From a virus (Duplodnaviria > Caudoviricetes): a DNA stretch of 53,803 bases. The notes under the pieces are model-generated. The model did not search any database. It was not told the DNA's origin and saw only the letters and a program-made list of their open reading frames with translations. This document shows positions 35,988 through 44,600 of this stretch, in pieces. The stretch lies in IMG/VR virus record IMGVR_UViG_3300012921_000077, positions 1-53,803 of that record. The stretch is one strand, 5' to 3'. Numbering within the stretch: position 1 is the first letter of the stretch; the number at the start of each line of letters is the position of its first letter. The position numbers and the translations under genes were made by a program.

Positions 35988-36676
35988 CGGATAGTCCGAT
36001 CGATGAGCTTTGCGATGAGCGCGTTCTTCGAGTCGATGACGTTTCGCAGCGATGCGAGCGTGTCGCCGTCCTTCTCCTCCTTCGCCATTCGGCGGGCGAC
36101 GGCAGCCTCGACGAGTTCGACGGCGCGCGCGACGTTCGCTTCGAGCGAGAGCGTCGGCACGTAGTCGACGAGCACGTAGATGCCGCCGAACGACTCGATC
36201 ATGCGCTGCCATGCGCGCTGCGCGTCCGACGGCGCGCCGTCGGCCGACTTGAACTCGATCTCCAGGCGGTAGCCGCCGCGGACGATGCCGGAGACGTCGG
36301 CGGCGCCGTTCGGCGGCCCCGCGTCGAAGGAGCTACGCACGTTTCCCGCGCGGTCGCGTACGACGACCTTCCCGCAGTTCTGCCGGTGAATGCGCATGTC
36401 CGCGCGCGCGCCGAGCGCCTCGATGACGTGCCGCATGAACGGGATCTCGTCGACGCGCTCGGGTTTCGGCGCCGTCTTGGGCTTCGCCACGCGGAGCTTC
36501 CGAAGCTGCCCGGGCTCGTGCATGTCCCGGAGCGCGCGCGCGTGGCTGGCGCAAAGGAAGCTGACGCCGTCCGGTCCGCGATCGAGCCGATGCGTCGCGG
36601 CCTTCTCGCACCGGCTCGTCCACGGGTCGTCGGGCGGACCGTGGTAGATGGCCGTGCATTGCTGAGCGACGGTCAC
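35984..36676 (-). CDS. VRR-NUC domain nuclease (resolvase-like) with N-terminal Cys/His extension
   Basis: RQNCG...GAADVSG...LEIEFKS..G.PSDAQ..W...GGIY. Confidence 0.85.
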   Translation of the reverse strand: MTVAQQCTAIYHGPPDDPWTSRCEKAATHRLDRGPDGVSFLCASHARALRDMHEPGQLRKLRVAKPKTAPKPERVDEIPFMRHVIEALGARADMRIHRQNCGKVVVRDRAGNVRSSFDAGPPNGAADVSGIVRGGYRLEIEFKSADGAPSDAQRAWQRMIESFGGIYVLVDYVPTLSLEANVARAVELVEAAVARRMAKEEKDGDTLASLRNVIDSKNALIAKLIDRTIR

Positions 36677-38745
36677 GGCGCCTCGCTGGGGCGTTCGGTG
36701 GCCGCGCGCGGGTAGTTCTTCGCGAGCGCGACGAGCGTGTCGACGATCTGCCGGAGCGTTCGCGGGGTCGGCTGCGCGATCTCTGCTTCGAGGACGCGCG
36801 CCGCGGCGAGCACACCGTCGGCCCAGCGGTCGTCAGGCCCGGCGTCGTTCCGGCGACGCTCGTCGGCTTCCGTGCGAAGCTTTTCCAGCTCGAACAGCGC
36901 CCGCGCGATTTCCCGATTCGAGCGCCAGGGCCAGTGGTTCATGCAGAACGACACGCGCGAGCCGGTGTCGACGCCGCACGCCTCGCACCGAGCGTGCGCT
37001 GAGGCGAGCAGTCCTGACGGGAGCTCGCCGACCTTCGCGGCGAGCTTTCGGAACTTGTCACCCTTCGGCATGTTCTCCTCTGCAAGCCGATCGACGGTGG
37101 CCTGCGCGTCGGGGTCGATCCCGCGAACGAGAGCGGCCCTGTACGCAACGGAGCCGGCGTTTCGACCCGACCACGATGAAGCCTCCAGGCGCGCGGCTTC
37201 GCCTTCGCGCGCCGCCTGTTCGAGCGACTCGCGAAGCGTTGACTCAGCGGTGCTGGGATCGTTGGTGGCTACCGCATCCGCGGTTTGCGCCTGTCGGCCA
37301 AGGCTCGCCACCGGAGCCCGTTTGATTGATGGTTCTTCGATAGGGCAGCTCCCAGCCATACCGCTCGCGCGGCCCACCAAGTCCGGCTTTTCGCCGGCAG
37401 CCCGCATGTTCGTGCCTCCTTCCGAAATCTGTTCGCGCACCGCGCGCCGTGGCGCCTCGGAGGTGCGCGGCTCGGCGAACCCCGAGCACTCCGGGCGCGG
37501 GTGAGACTCCCACGTCGCACCGCACGAAGCGCAAAGTCGACCCGGCGGCTCGGACGAGCGGGGAGCGTCGCGCTTCGTGAGGCCGTACTTCTCGCGAATT
37601 CTCGCGACATCCTCGCGCGAGTCGATGGCGAGCAGGAGGCATTGCGCGATCTCCTTCCACTCGTCAGCCGTCGCGTCGCGCGAGTCCGTGATCGGTTCTC
37701 CGTAGCGGCTTCCGAATTGACCAGCCTCGTTCGAGCCGGTGCACGCGAACCGGTGATCCGTCGCGCGAGGGCAACGCTTGTTCCCGCACGCGGGACACAA
37801 GATCATCGTTCGCGCCGTCGGGTTCTCGAACCCGAGCTCCGGAGCGTCGAGGCATCGAAAGCACCAGCAAGCGCGGAGCGCATCGCAGGCGTTCGGCAGC
37901 GGCGCCGCCGCACCGTCATCGTGGGGCAGGTGCCTTACGCCGTGGACGCGCAGCGCGTGTTCCTCCGCCATGCGCTCCGGGGTGGAACCGCATCGAACGC
38001 ACGGCGAGCCGTCCGCGCCCTTGCTGAGCGACACTCCGGCGCTACTCACCGTGAGACGGTGACTGATCTGCATCGCCGCGAGCGCGTGCTCGACGTGGTC
38101 GTGATCGGAGACTCCGGCTTCACGAGCCTGCTCCGCCTTCTGCACCATCTCGGCGCGGTACTGCGCGACGATGGCCACGGCATCGGGTGACGGCGATGCA
38201 CCGCGTTGCGCGACGGCAAAGGAGTCGCCGCAGTTCGGGCAGTCGTAGAACGGGCGATCCTCGCCCTCGCTCACGTGCTCGGCCGACATCGTGAAGGCGC
38301 AGCCTGGGCACACAACGCACGTTACGCCGTGCCGGACCTGCCATCCGTAGCGCTCGCTCACCGCACCCTGTTCAGGTGAACTTTCATTCGACGCGTCGTT
38401 GCTAAAGCCAGGAGCGCGTCGGCCCCAGTGCTCCAGTGCCGTCAGCTGCTCGCACGCGACGTCGTAGACGGGGCCGTGGACGTTCCCCACGAGCGCCATG
38501 ATCTTCCGAAACGCGTCGATGGCGCCCTGTCGCTCGGTCTCGACGAGCCCTTCGTCACGAAGCTCCTGCATCTCACTACGCGACGACGCAACGAGGTCGG
38601 CGGTGATCGTTCTCACCTCGGTGAGAAGGTCGGCGAGGGAGTCCACGATCGTTCCCGTCATCGCGTCGCGGCGACCGAGTGTTTCGGCGACCCACTTCTG
38701 GGCGACGTGGTGGTTCTCCGTCCACTTCTGAAGCTCGCTCCCCAT
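36673..38745 (-). CDS. 690 aa mosaic protein with multiple zinc-finger modules
   Basis: CPGC..CPNC, CVRC, CWCFRC...MILCPACGNKRCPRATDH, CASC, CEAC; GGAGG RBS before ATG 38745. Confidence 0.7.
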   Translation of the reverse strand: MGSELQKWTENHHVAQKWVAETLGRRDAMTGTIVDSLADLLTEVRTITADLVASSRSEMQELRDEGLVETERQGAIDAFRKIMALVGNVHGPVYDVACEQLTALEHWGRRAPGFSNDASNESSPEQGAVSERYGWQVRHGVTCVVCPGCAFTMSAEHVSEGEDRPFYDCPNCGDSFAVAQRGASPSPDAVAIVAQYRAEMVQKAEQAREAGVSDHDHVEHALAAMQISHRLTVSSAGVSLSKGADGSPCVRCGSTPERMAEEHALRVHGVRHLPHDDGAAAPLPNACDALRACWCFRCLDAPELGFENPTARTMILCPACGNKRCPRATDHRFACTGSNEAGQFGSRYGEPITDSRDATADEWKEIAQCLLLAIDSREDVARIREKYGLTKRDAPRSSEPPGRLCASCGATWESHPRPECSGFAEPRTSEAPRRAVREQISEGGTNMRAAGEKPDLVGRASGMAGSCPIEEPSIKRAPVASLGRQAQTADAVATNDPSTAESTLRESLEQAAREGEAARLEASSWSGRNAGSVAYRAALVRGIDPDAQATVDRLAEENMPKGDKFRKLAAKVGELPSGLLASAHARCEACGVDTGSRVSFCMNHWPWRSNREIARALFELEKLRTEADERRRNDAGPDDRWADGVLAAARVLEAEIAQPTPRTLRQIVDTLVALAKNYPRAATERPSEAP

Positions 38746-38747
38746 CG

Positions 38748-39062
38748 TCAGACCCTCCCCGCAATCGTGAGCGCGCGCATGAGCGCGAGCTGACAGAGCT
38801 CGCACATGCCGCCCCGATACGGCTTCATGGTGTCGCCGCAGCAATCGCACGCACCGAAGCGCGCCGGCTCGACGCCGGGCATGCGCATCACCGGCACGGG
38901 CACGTCGCGGAGTAGCGGGAACTGGCGCGTCATGACGTCGATGCGCCGCGCGAGCTCGACGCGGAACGCGCCAATGAGCTCGTCTTGTCCCTCCGGACCG
39001 AAGACCACGTTCGCGCGCGCGTCGATCTCGACGCCCGCTGCGATGAAGTCGAGCGCCGTCAT
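38748..39062 (-). CDS. Hypothetical protein with C-terminal zinc finger
   Basis: CDCCG...CELC; ATGA overlap with the helicase. Confidence 0.65.
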   Translation of the reverse strand: MTALDFIAAGVEIDARANVVFGPEGQDELIGAFRVELARRIDVMTRQFPLLRDVPVPVMRMPGVEPARFGACDCCGDTMKPYRGGMCELCQLALMRALTIAGRV

Positions 39063-40699
39063 ACGCGCCACTCGACCCTCGCCGCGACGTGCGACGGGAG
39101 CATCCACGCCGCCGGAATCGTCGTGCCAAACTTCGCCTCGAACCGCTTGTAGACCCACTCGATCGTGTAGCCGCGCGCGGTGCGAATACCCTTGAGCATC
39201 GCGAGGTACTCGCGCTTCTCGTCGTCGGTGAACGTCTCGGCCGCGCGTTTCGGCTCGACGCGCCATGCGCTCGGCGGCGAGACGCCGAACCGCTCGCGGT
39301 ACCGGTGGAAGACCCAGCCGCCCTTGTATCCGCGCTCGCGCGCCGTCGCGCAGAGCTCGTCGAACGCAGCGCGCTTCTCCTCGATCGTCGCCGAGCGAAC
39401 CTCGACGAGCTCGCCGTCCTGTTCCTGCTTCGCCTTCTCGCGCTCCTCAGACGTGGGGAACACAGCGCCGCACGCCGGACACACGAGCGTTGCGGACGGC
39501 ACGATCGCGAAGCAGTCCTCACACGTCTTGCACGACGGACCGCGGTCGCCGGCCTTCTTCTTTCGCGGCGGGTCGAGCGAAAGCTCGCGCTCGTCCTGCG
39601 GCAGGCCGTGCTCGATGATGTTCCCGGCGTGGTCGAGGATGAGCGCGCCGACGTCGCCCCACGGCCGAAGGATGCGGCCGCACTGCTGAAGGTGCAGGCC
39701 CAGCGACTTTGTCGGACGCGCGAGCACCACGCACTTCACGCTCGGTTGGTCCCAGCCCTCGCAGAGGACCGCGCAGTTCGAGACCACGCGCGTCTCGCCG
39801 CTCTCGAGCCGCGCGAGGATGGCGTCGCGCTCGCCGCTCGCCATCGTGCCGTCGAGATGCTCCGCGGCGACGCCTGCCTCGCGAAAGCGATCGACGATGT
39901 GCTTCGAGTGCTCGACGTCGACGGCGAACACGACGGTGCGTCGGTTCTCGGCGCGCTTTTGCCAGTGCTCGACGATGTTGCCGACGAGCCCGATGCGGTC
40001 GACCGCGGCTGAAAGCGCGTCGGCGTCGTAGTCACCGCCTTTCAGCTTGATGCCCGCGAGCTGCGGGAGATCCGACGCGGGAACCGTGAACACGCGCGGC
40101 TCGACGAGGAAGCCAAGATCGATGAGCTCGCGCGGCGACGCGACGACGGCCATCTTTTGATAGAGCTCGCCGAGCCCGCGGCCGTCCGCACGGTACGGCG
40201 TGGCCGTGAGGCCGATGACGGTCGCGTCGGGATACGCGGCGAGGATCGTTTGGTACGTGCCCGCGAGCGCGCGGTGCGTCTCGTCGATGATGATGACGTC
40301 CGCCGGCGGCTTCGTGCGGTTCCGCAGCGTGTCGATGCTCGCGACCTGCACAACCGCGCGCGGGTTGCGGCGCGGGTCCTTACCCATGAGGATGCCGACC
40401 GACGAGATCGGAAGACCGTCGGGCTCGCAGCGCTCGTGCCGGCGCGTGACGTGGTCGAAGCCGACCGGGCACGTGCACCCGACGAGCTTCTTCCACGCCT
40501 GCACGATGAGCTCGCGCCGGTGCGCGAGGAAGAGGATCGAGTTCCCGAGCGCGACCGAGCACTCGATGATGTGAACCGCGATGACAGTCTTCCCAGCTCC
40601 CGTCGGAGCGACGAGGAGCACGCGCGCGAAGCCGCCGCGGATGAACCGCCGAATGCGGTCGACGCCTTCGAGCTGGTAGTCGCGGAGGTGAACGGTCAT
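39059..40699 (-). CDS. Superfamily 2 DEAD/DEAH helicase (RadD/YejH-like) with zinc ribbon
   Basis: LRDYQ, APTGAGKT, DETH, GLTATP, EGWD, QQCGRILR; CEDC...CPACG. Confidence 0.95.
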   Translation of the reverse strand: MTVHLRDYQLEGVDRIRRFIRGGFARVLLVAPTGAGKTVIAVHIIECSVALGNSILFLAHRRELIVQAWKKLVGCTCPVGFDHVTRRHERCEPDGLPISSVGILMGKDPRRNPRAVVQVASIDTLRNRTKPPADVIIIDETHRALAGTYQTILAAYPDATVIGLTATPYRADGRGLGELYQKMAVVASPRELIDLGFLVEPRVFTVPASDLPQLAGIKLKGGDYDADALSAAVDRIGLVGNIVEHWQKRAENRRTVVFAVDVEHSKHIVDRFREAGVAAEHLDGTMASGERDAILARLESGETRVVSNCAVLCEGWDQPSVKCVVLARPTKSLGLHLQQCGRILRPWGDVGALILDHAGNIIEHGLPQDERELSLDPPRKKKAGDRGPSCKTCEDCFAIVPSATLVCPACGAVFPTSEEREKAKQEQDGELVEVRSATIEEKRAAFDELCATARERGYKGGWVFHRYRERFGVSPPSAWRVEPKRAAETFTDDEKREYLAMLKGIRTARGYTIEWVYKRFEAKFGTTIPAAWMLPSHVAARVEWRV

Positions 40700-40890
40700 T
40701 CTGCGCCCGTGAGGTTCGGCTCACCGTCGATCGCGCCGACGACGCGAAGCGACGAGTCATCGAGCCGGAGCGGGAGCCGCTCGCCTTCGAGCAGCACGGC
40801 GACGTAGGGTTCGAGTTGGGTGACGTGCCCGCGCTTGCCGCGGAACATCGACCACCGAGCGGTCACCTCGACCGGGTCGCCGACCTTCAC
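40696..40890 (-). CDS. Small KOW/SH3-like protein
   Basis: MKVGDPVEV....FRGKRGHV; GTGA overlap. Confidence 0.6.
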   Translation of the reverse strand: MKVGDPVEVTARWSMFRGKRGHVTQLEPYVAVLLEGERLPLRLDDSSLRVVGAIDGEPNLTGAE

Positions 40891-41318
40891 GGGCGAGCCT
40901 CGCCGGCGAGCACACGCGCGAGGTGGAGCCGGTCGCGCGAGATGCGCCGCCCGCGCTCCGACGAGCACGAGCCGGTGGCGTACGCGCCGAGCGCGTTCGA
41001 CGCGCCGCATTCGGCGATCGATGCGCGGAGCATCTCGAGCCCCACGCGCACGTTCTCCTCGACGGAGAGGTCCGGACGGCCGTGGAGCTGCATCAGCCCG
41101 AAGTCGCCCGTCGCGCTCAACGCGTCGGGGCGGAACGACGACTCGCGGAACGCGACGGCGATGACGAGCGCGGCGGTCCGAACGCGGTCCTCGTCGCCGG
41201 CGAAGAGGGGGCGCTCGGATGCGACGACGCGCTCGACGACGGCCGCGACCTCGCTGACGTCCCTCGTCGGAGCGAGCGCGCCCATGGCGAGGCCGACGAA
41301 GAAGCCGAGCGGGGTCAT
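40887..41318 (-). CDS. Lytic transglycosylase (SLT) with hydrophobic N-terminus
   Basis: AVAFRESSFRPDA.S..GDFGLMQL, ENVRVG...L, ALGAY motifs. Confidence 0.82.
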   Translation of the reverse strand: MTPLGFFVGLAMGALAPTRDVSEVAAVVERVVASERPLFAGDEDRVRTAALVIAVAFRESSFRPDALSATGDFGLMQLHGRPDLSVEENVRVGLEMLRASIAECGASNALGAYATGSCSSERGRRISRDRLHLARVLAGEARP

Positions 41319-41458
41319 CCCACGTCCTTCGCCTTCACGTTGTCCAGGCGGTCGATCGCGTCGAACAGCTCCTGCAGCGCCTTCGCGCGAGCCTCGCCGC
41401 TGATCGCAGTCCGTACCGCTCGCGCGGCTTCCACAACGCTCCGCTCTTTCTCGTTCAC
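41315..41458 (-). CDS. 47 aa hypothetical protein
   Basis: GGAGG RBS; overlaps on both sides. Confidence 0.55.
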   Translation of the reverse strand: MNEKERSVVEAARAVRTAISGEARAKALQELFDAIDRLDNVKAKDVG

Positions 41459-42087
41459 GGTTCCTCCAGGCTGTTGGCCAGTTCCGTCGCGGTTGCGGCG
41501 AGCGCCCGAAGCGCGCGTCGGGCGTCGTCCACATCGGCATCCCGGATGCGCGTGCGCTTCAGGTCGGCGATCGCATCCGTCAGGCGGAGCAGCGCCATGC
41601 GCGCGCCGGTCGTCGCGCGCGCCCGCCGAACGTCGGCGAGGATTCGCACGAGGAGGTCCTCGGCGACGTCGACCGGCAGGGCGAACACCGCGCCGAGCGG
41701 CATCGGGCGTTCGTTCTCGCGCCACTGGCGAGGCTGCTTCTCGTCGCAACCGAGGTACCGGTCGGCGAGCGCCACGTTCGACACGCTGCTGTCGCCGCGG
41801 AGCCACCGATCGCGGAGCACCGCGTCGAAGGCGTCAGCGGCCTTCGCGCGCCCGATCGCGAGCGGACGCTGCGACGGAGCCACCGTCGACCAGTCGCGAT
41901 GAGCTTGTTCAGCCCGCCGCGATTCGCCGGACCGGTCCGGATGATCAGCCCGAGAATTCGACTTCTGCGCAGGATCTTCGGGTGGTCTCATGTTGCACGT
42001 GAACGGTTGCAGAGCCCGATCGGGCACGTCGCGATTCGCTCCCGCCGAGTCACGCTGGGGGAGATGCAAAACGATCGAAGGGCGCAT
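41455..42087 (-). CDS. CII-like HTH regulator (start uncertain)
   Basis: SNVALADRYLGCDEKQPRQWRENERPMP HTH-like segment; follows the Cro-like gene. Confidence 0.6.
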   Translation of the reverse strand: MRPSIVLHLPQRDSAGANRDVPDRALQPFTCNMRPPEDPAQKSNSRADHPDRSGESRRAEQAHRDWSTVAPSQRPLAIGRAKAADAFDAVLRDRWLRGDSSVSNVALADRYLGCDEKQPRQWRENERPMPLGAVFALPVDVAEDLLVRILADVRRARATTGARMALLRLTDAIADLKRTRIRDADVDDARRALRALAATATELANSLEEP

Positions 42088-42129
42088 GCGCCTCTCCTTG
42101 CTGCGGTGCTGCTAGAGACGGAGACGCGC

Positions 42130-42468
42130 TCAGGCCGCGTCGTCGTCGGCGCTCGTATCGTCGCCCTCGAGCGACCCGCTCGACTCCGGAGCGGGCGCGA
42201 ACGGGCGGACGTTCGCCATCGCCTCGCGCTCGTCGTCGCGGAGCCAGGCGCTCACCGGCACCTCGCCGTTCGTCCACATCGCGATCGCTTCGCGGTGGTG
42301 CGTGCGGGGGCGCTTCGTGCCCGTGACCCAGTCGTGGATCGTCGGGTCGCTCACCTTCAGCGCGACGCTCGCGGCGAACTGGGTAAGCGAGTGCTTCCGC
42401 AGGAACGCCTGGAGGAGGTCCGCACCGAGCGTGGGTCGTTTCGGCTCGCGCGTGGTCGGCTGAGGCAT
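42130..42468 (-). CDS. Cro-like XRE HTH regulator
   Basis: LTQFAASVALKVSDPTIHDWVTGTKRP; first gene of the leftward operon, divergent from the CI-like gene. Confidence 0.85.
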   Translation of the reverse strand: MPQPTTREPKRPTLGADLLQAFLRKHSLTQFAASVALKVSDPTIHDWVTGTKRPRTHHREAIAMWTNGEVPVSAWLRDDEREAMANVRPFAPAPESSGSLEGDDTSADDDAA

Positions 42469-42551
42469 ACGCTATCACTAGCTAGTGAACTGTTGACGGT
42501 CAAGCACCAATGCTAGCTCGTGATAGTTTAGCTTTAGCTAGCCTCCGTCTC
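42469..42551. promoter_or_regulatory. Immunity switch: divergent promoters with GCTA-N4-TAGC operators
   Basis: AT-rich; GCTATCACTAGC 42471-42482, GCTCGTGATAGT 42516-42527, GCTTTAGCTAGC 42531-42542; TTGAC-G-GTCAA palindrome at 42493-42503 gives -35-like hexamers on both strands. Confidence 0.8.
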
Positions 42552-43148
42552 GTGACTCCCGCCGACCGGATGCAGCGCGTACGTGACTACGTGATCCAGC
42601 GGCTCCGCGACGAGGTGCGTAGCGGCAAGCGCGGGACGTCGGCCGCGCTCGCTCGCGCGCTCCACATCAGCACCGCGCACATCGCGAACCTGCTCAGCGA
42701 GCCGCCGTCGCGTCAGCCCGGCGAGGAGCTCTGTCGGACCGTCGCCGAGTACTGGGGGATGACGTACGCGGAGCTCGAACGCGCCGCGACCGGAGGCGAG
42801 CCGCCGCCCGCGGTCGCGCGTGACCTCGCGTCGACGCAGCTGCCGGCGGGGACGTTCCTCCTAAAGCTAAGGCGACTCCCGGGCCTCGAGGAATGGGTCG
42901 AGGCGCACCCAGCGAAGCTCACCGTCGAGGACCTCGCGCGCGGCATGCAGCTCTACGAAGAAGTCCGCCCGCGCAGCCGCGAGGACGGCGTGCCGTTCGG
43001 CGGCTGGGATGCGTTCTTCGACGACGCGCGAGCCGGTCGCCTTTCGGGGCCCGCGAAGGCCGGCGACCAGGCGGCCGCAGAGGCGCTCGAGTACTCGCAG
43101 CTGCCGCGCGCGACGCGAAAGCGCATTCGCGACGGCCGTACTCCCTAG
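42552..43148 (+). CDS. CI/ImmR-like HTH repressor without a recognisable S24 peptidase domain (start GTG 42552 or ATG 42570)
   Basis: TSAALARALHISTAHIANLL...P.EELCRTVAEYWG HTH; divergent from the Cro-like gene; upstream of the ImmA-like gene. Confidence 0.78.
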   Translation: MTPADRMQRVRDYVIQRLRDEVRSGKRGTSAALARALHISTAHIANLLSEPPSRQPGEELCRTVAEYWGMTYAELERAATGGEPPPAVARDLASTQLPAGTFLLKLRRLPGLEEWVEAHPAKLTVEDLARGMQLYEEVRPRSREDGVPFGGWDAFFDDARAGRLSGPAKAGDQAAAEALEYSQLPRATRKRIRDGRTP

Positions 43149-43192
43149 GGAGTATTGCCGCCGGCCCGCGATGGAGCGTCCATCACGGTGCG

Positions 43193-43822
43193 GTGAAGGG
43201 CGAGCAGTTGGAACTCGAAGAATTAGCGCGTGAGGTGCGCCGTCGCGCCGGGCTGTCCGATGACGACGTCGAGCTCGCCACCCGCATCGCCGCGCGCGTG
43301 CTCGGGCCCGACGCCATCGCGCTCGACACGACGATGCGCGGCGCGGCGTACCTCCGCCGGACCATCGACGGATGGCAGATCGTCGTGAACCCGCGCGGGC
43401 GCGACGTCCGCTTCCACGTCGCGCACGAGCTCGGCGAGTGGGCGCTGCGATCGCTCGCGAAGTTCCAGGGCTCCGAGGTCGAGCGCGAGCGCGCGGCGAA
43501 CTACCTGGCGGCGGCGATCTTGGCGCCCGAGCCCGCGGTGCGCCGCGTGCACGCCGCCGTCGGCGAGCGGCTGCCGGTCCTTGCCTCGCAGTTCGGGCTT
43601 TCGCAGACCAGCGTGGTGCTGCGGCTTGCCGAGGTGCACGGCGACGAGCGCGCCGTCGTGACCGCGAGCGGGAACGTGCTCCTGCGGACGCAGGGCGCCT
43701 TTCCGTGGATGAACGTCCCCGTCGTCGACGTCGCGCGCGGCGCGGCTCGGTGGGTCGGGCTCGCGAAGGCGCAGCTCCGCGGCGGCATCGACGAAGGCCG
43801 CGTCGCGCTCCGCGTCCGCTAG
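43193..43822 (+). CDS. ImmA/IrrE-family metallopeptidase-like protein with a variant HExxE motif
   Basis: IVVN...RFHVAHELGEW...ERAANYLAAAILAP...LASQFGLSQTSVVLRL. Confidence 0.82.
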   Translation: MKGEQLELEELAREVRRRAGLSDDDVELATRIAARVLGPDAIALDTTMRGAAYLRRTIDGWQIVVNPRGRDVRFHVAHELGEWALRSLAKFQGSEVERERAANYLAAAILAPEPAVRRVHAAVGERLPVLASQFGLSQTSVVLRLAEVHGDERAVVTASGNVLLRTQGAFPWMNVPVVDVARGAARWVGLAKAQLRGGIDEGRVALRVR

Positions 43823-44211
43823 GGGTCGCAGCGCGCGAGCTTCCGCGGCCCTTCCTTGCAGTGGTCCGGCCAGTCGCGGCAGTACGTCTCGTAATACGAC
43901 AGGTTCTCGGCGCAGAACTTCGCGTCGTAGTTCGACGACGACCGGCTGTAGCTGTTGCACGCGTACCACCAGCCGAAGGCGAGCGTGCCGACGATCGCGA
44001 GCAGCGCGAGCTGCGCGCCTCGCCGCTGCTTCGCCGCCCGGGCGTCTGGCGGTAGGATCGACGCGAACGGCGACGCGGCGACGGGCATCCACGCGCCGCC
44101 GTGCTCGTCGCGGACGCTCGCGTCGCGCATGCCGCCGCGTACCCACTCGGCGACTTCGTGCTCCTCGACCGGGCCGACGGTCTCGCCGTTGCGGCTCACG
44201 TACCAGCGCAT
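43819..44211 (-). CDS. GYF_2/DUF4339 domain single-pass membrane protein
   Basis: WYVSRNGETVGP...W.PV motif; TM LALLAIVGTLAFGWWY; Cys-rich C-terminus. Confidence 0.78.
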   Translation of the reverse strand: MRWYVSRNGETVGPVEEHEVAEWVRGGMRDASVRDEHGGAWMPVAASPFASILPPDARAAKQRRGAQLALLAIVGTLAFGWWYACNSYSRSSSNYDAKFCAENLSYYETYCRDWPDHCKEGPRKLARCDP

Positions 44212-44290
44212 GGGGAGCGATCGTACCGCGCCCACGACCGGCGACATGCCCCCGCAGGAGAATGCCTAACTATGCGGAATGTCGTTTTCT

Positions 44291-44342
44291 GCTAGCCGTA
44301 GCTAACAATTCCTTTGCGCTGGTCGCTATCACTAGCTAGAGA
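44291..44342 (+). promoter_or_regulatory. Early rightward promoter with two operators
   Basis: GCTAGCCGTAGC 44291-44302; GCTATCACTAGCTAG 44325-44339, identical to 42471-42485; TTGCGC-17-TAGAGA; GGAGG RBS follows. Confidence 0.72.
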
Positions 44343-44363
44343 TTGGGTAACGGAGGCGGCGCG

Positions 44364-44600
44364 ATGGTGAACGACGACGCGACGGTGGACGAGATCCTCG
44401 AAGGCTTCCTGGCGACCGACCTGGAGCTCGCTGCGTGCGACCTCTTCGGCGTGCAGCTGCCGGCCCCGGGCCGGTGCCCGTCGCTCGACGACGTCGCGAA
44501 GCTCGACGCGTACGCGATGCACGTCGCCTCGATCCTGGAGGCACGCATCGCGCGGCAGACCGCCGACACCGTTCCGCCGCCGGCGCGGAGGGCAGCGTGA
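44364..44600 (+). CDS. Hypothetical early protein
   Basis: GGAGG RBS; first gene after the operator-bearing promoter. Confidence 0.65.
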   Translation: MVNDDATVDEILEGFLATDLELAACDLFGVQLPAPGRCPSLDDVAKLDAYAMHVASILEARIARQTADTVPPPARRAA

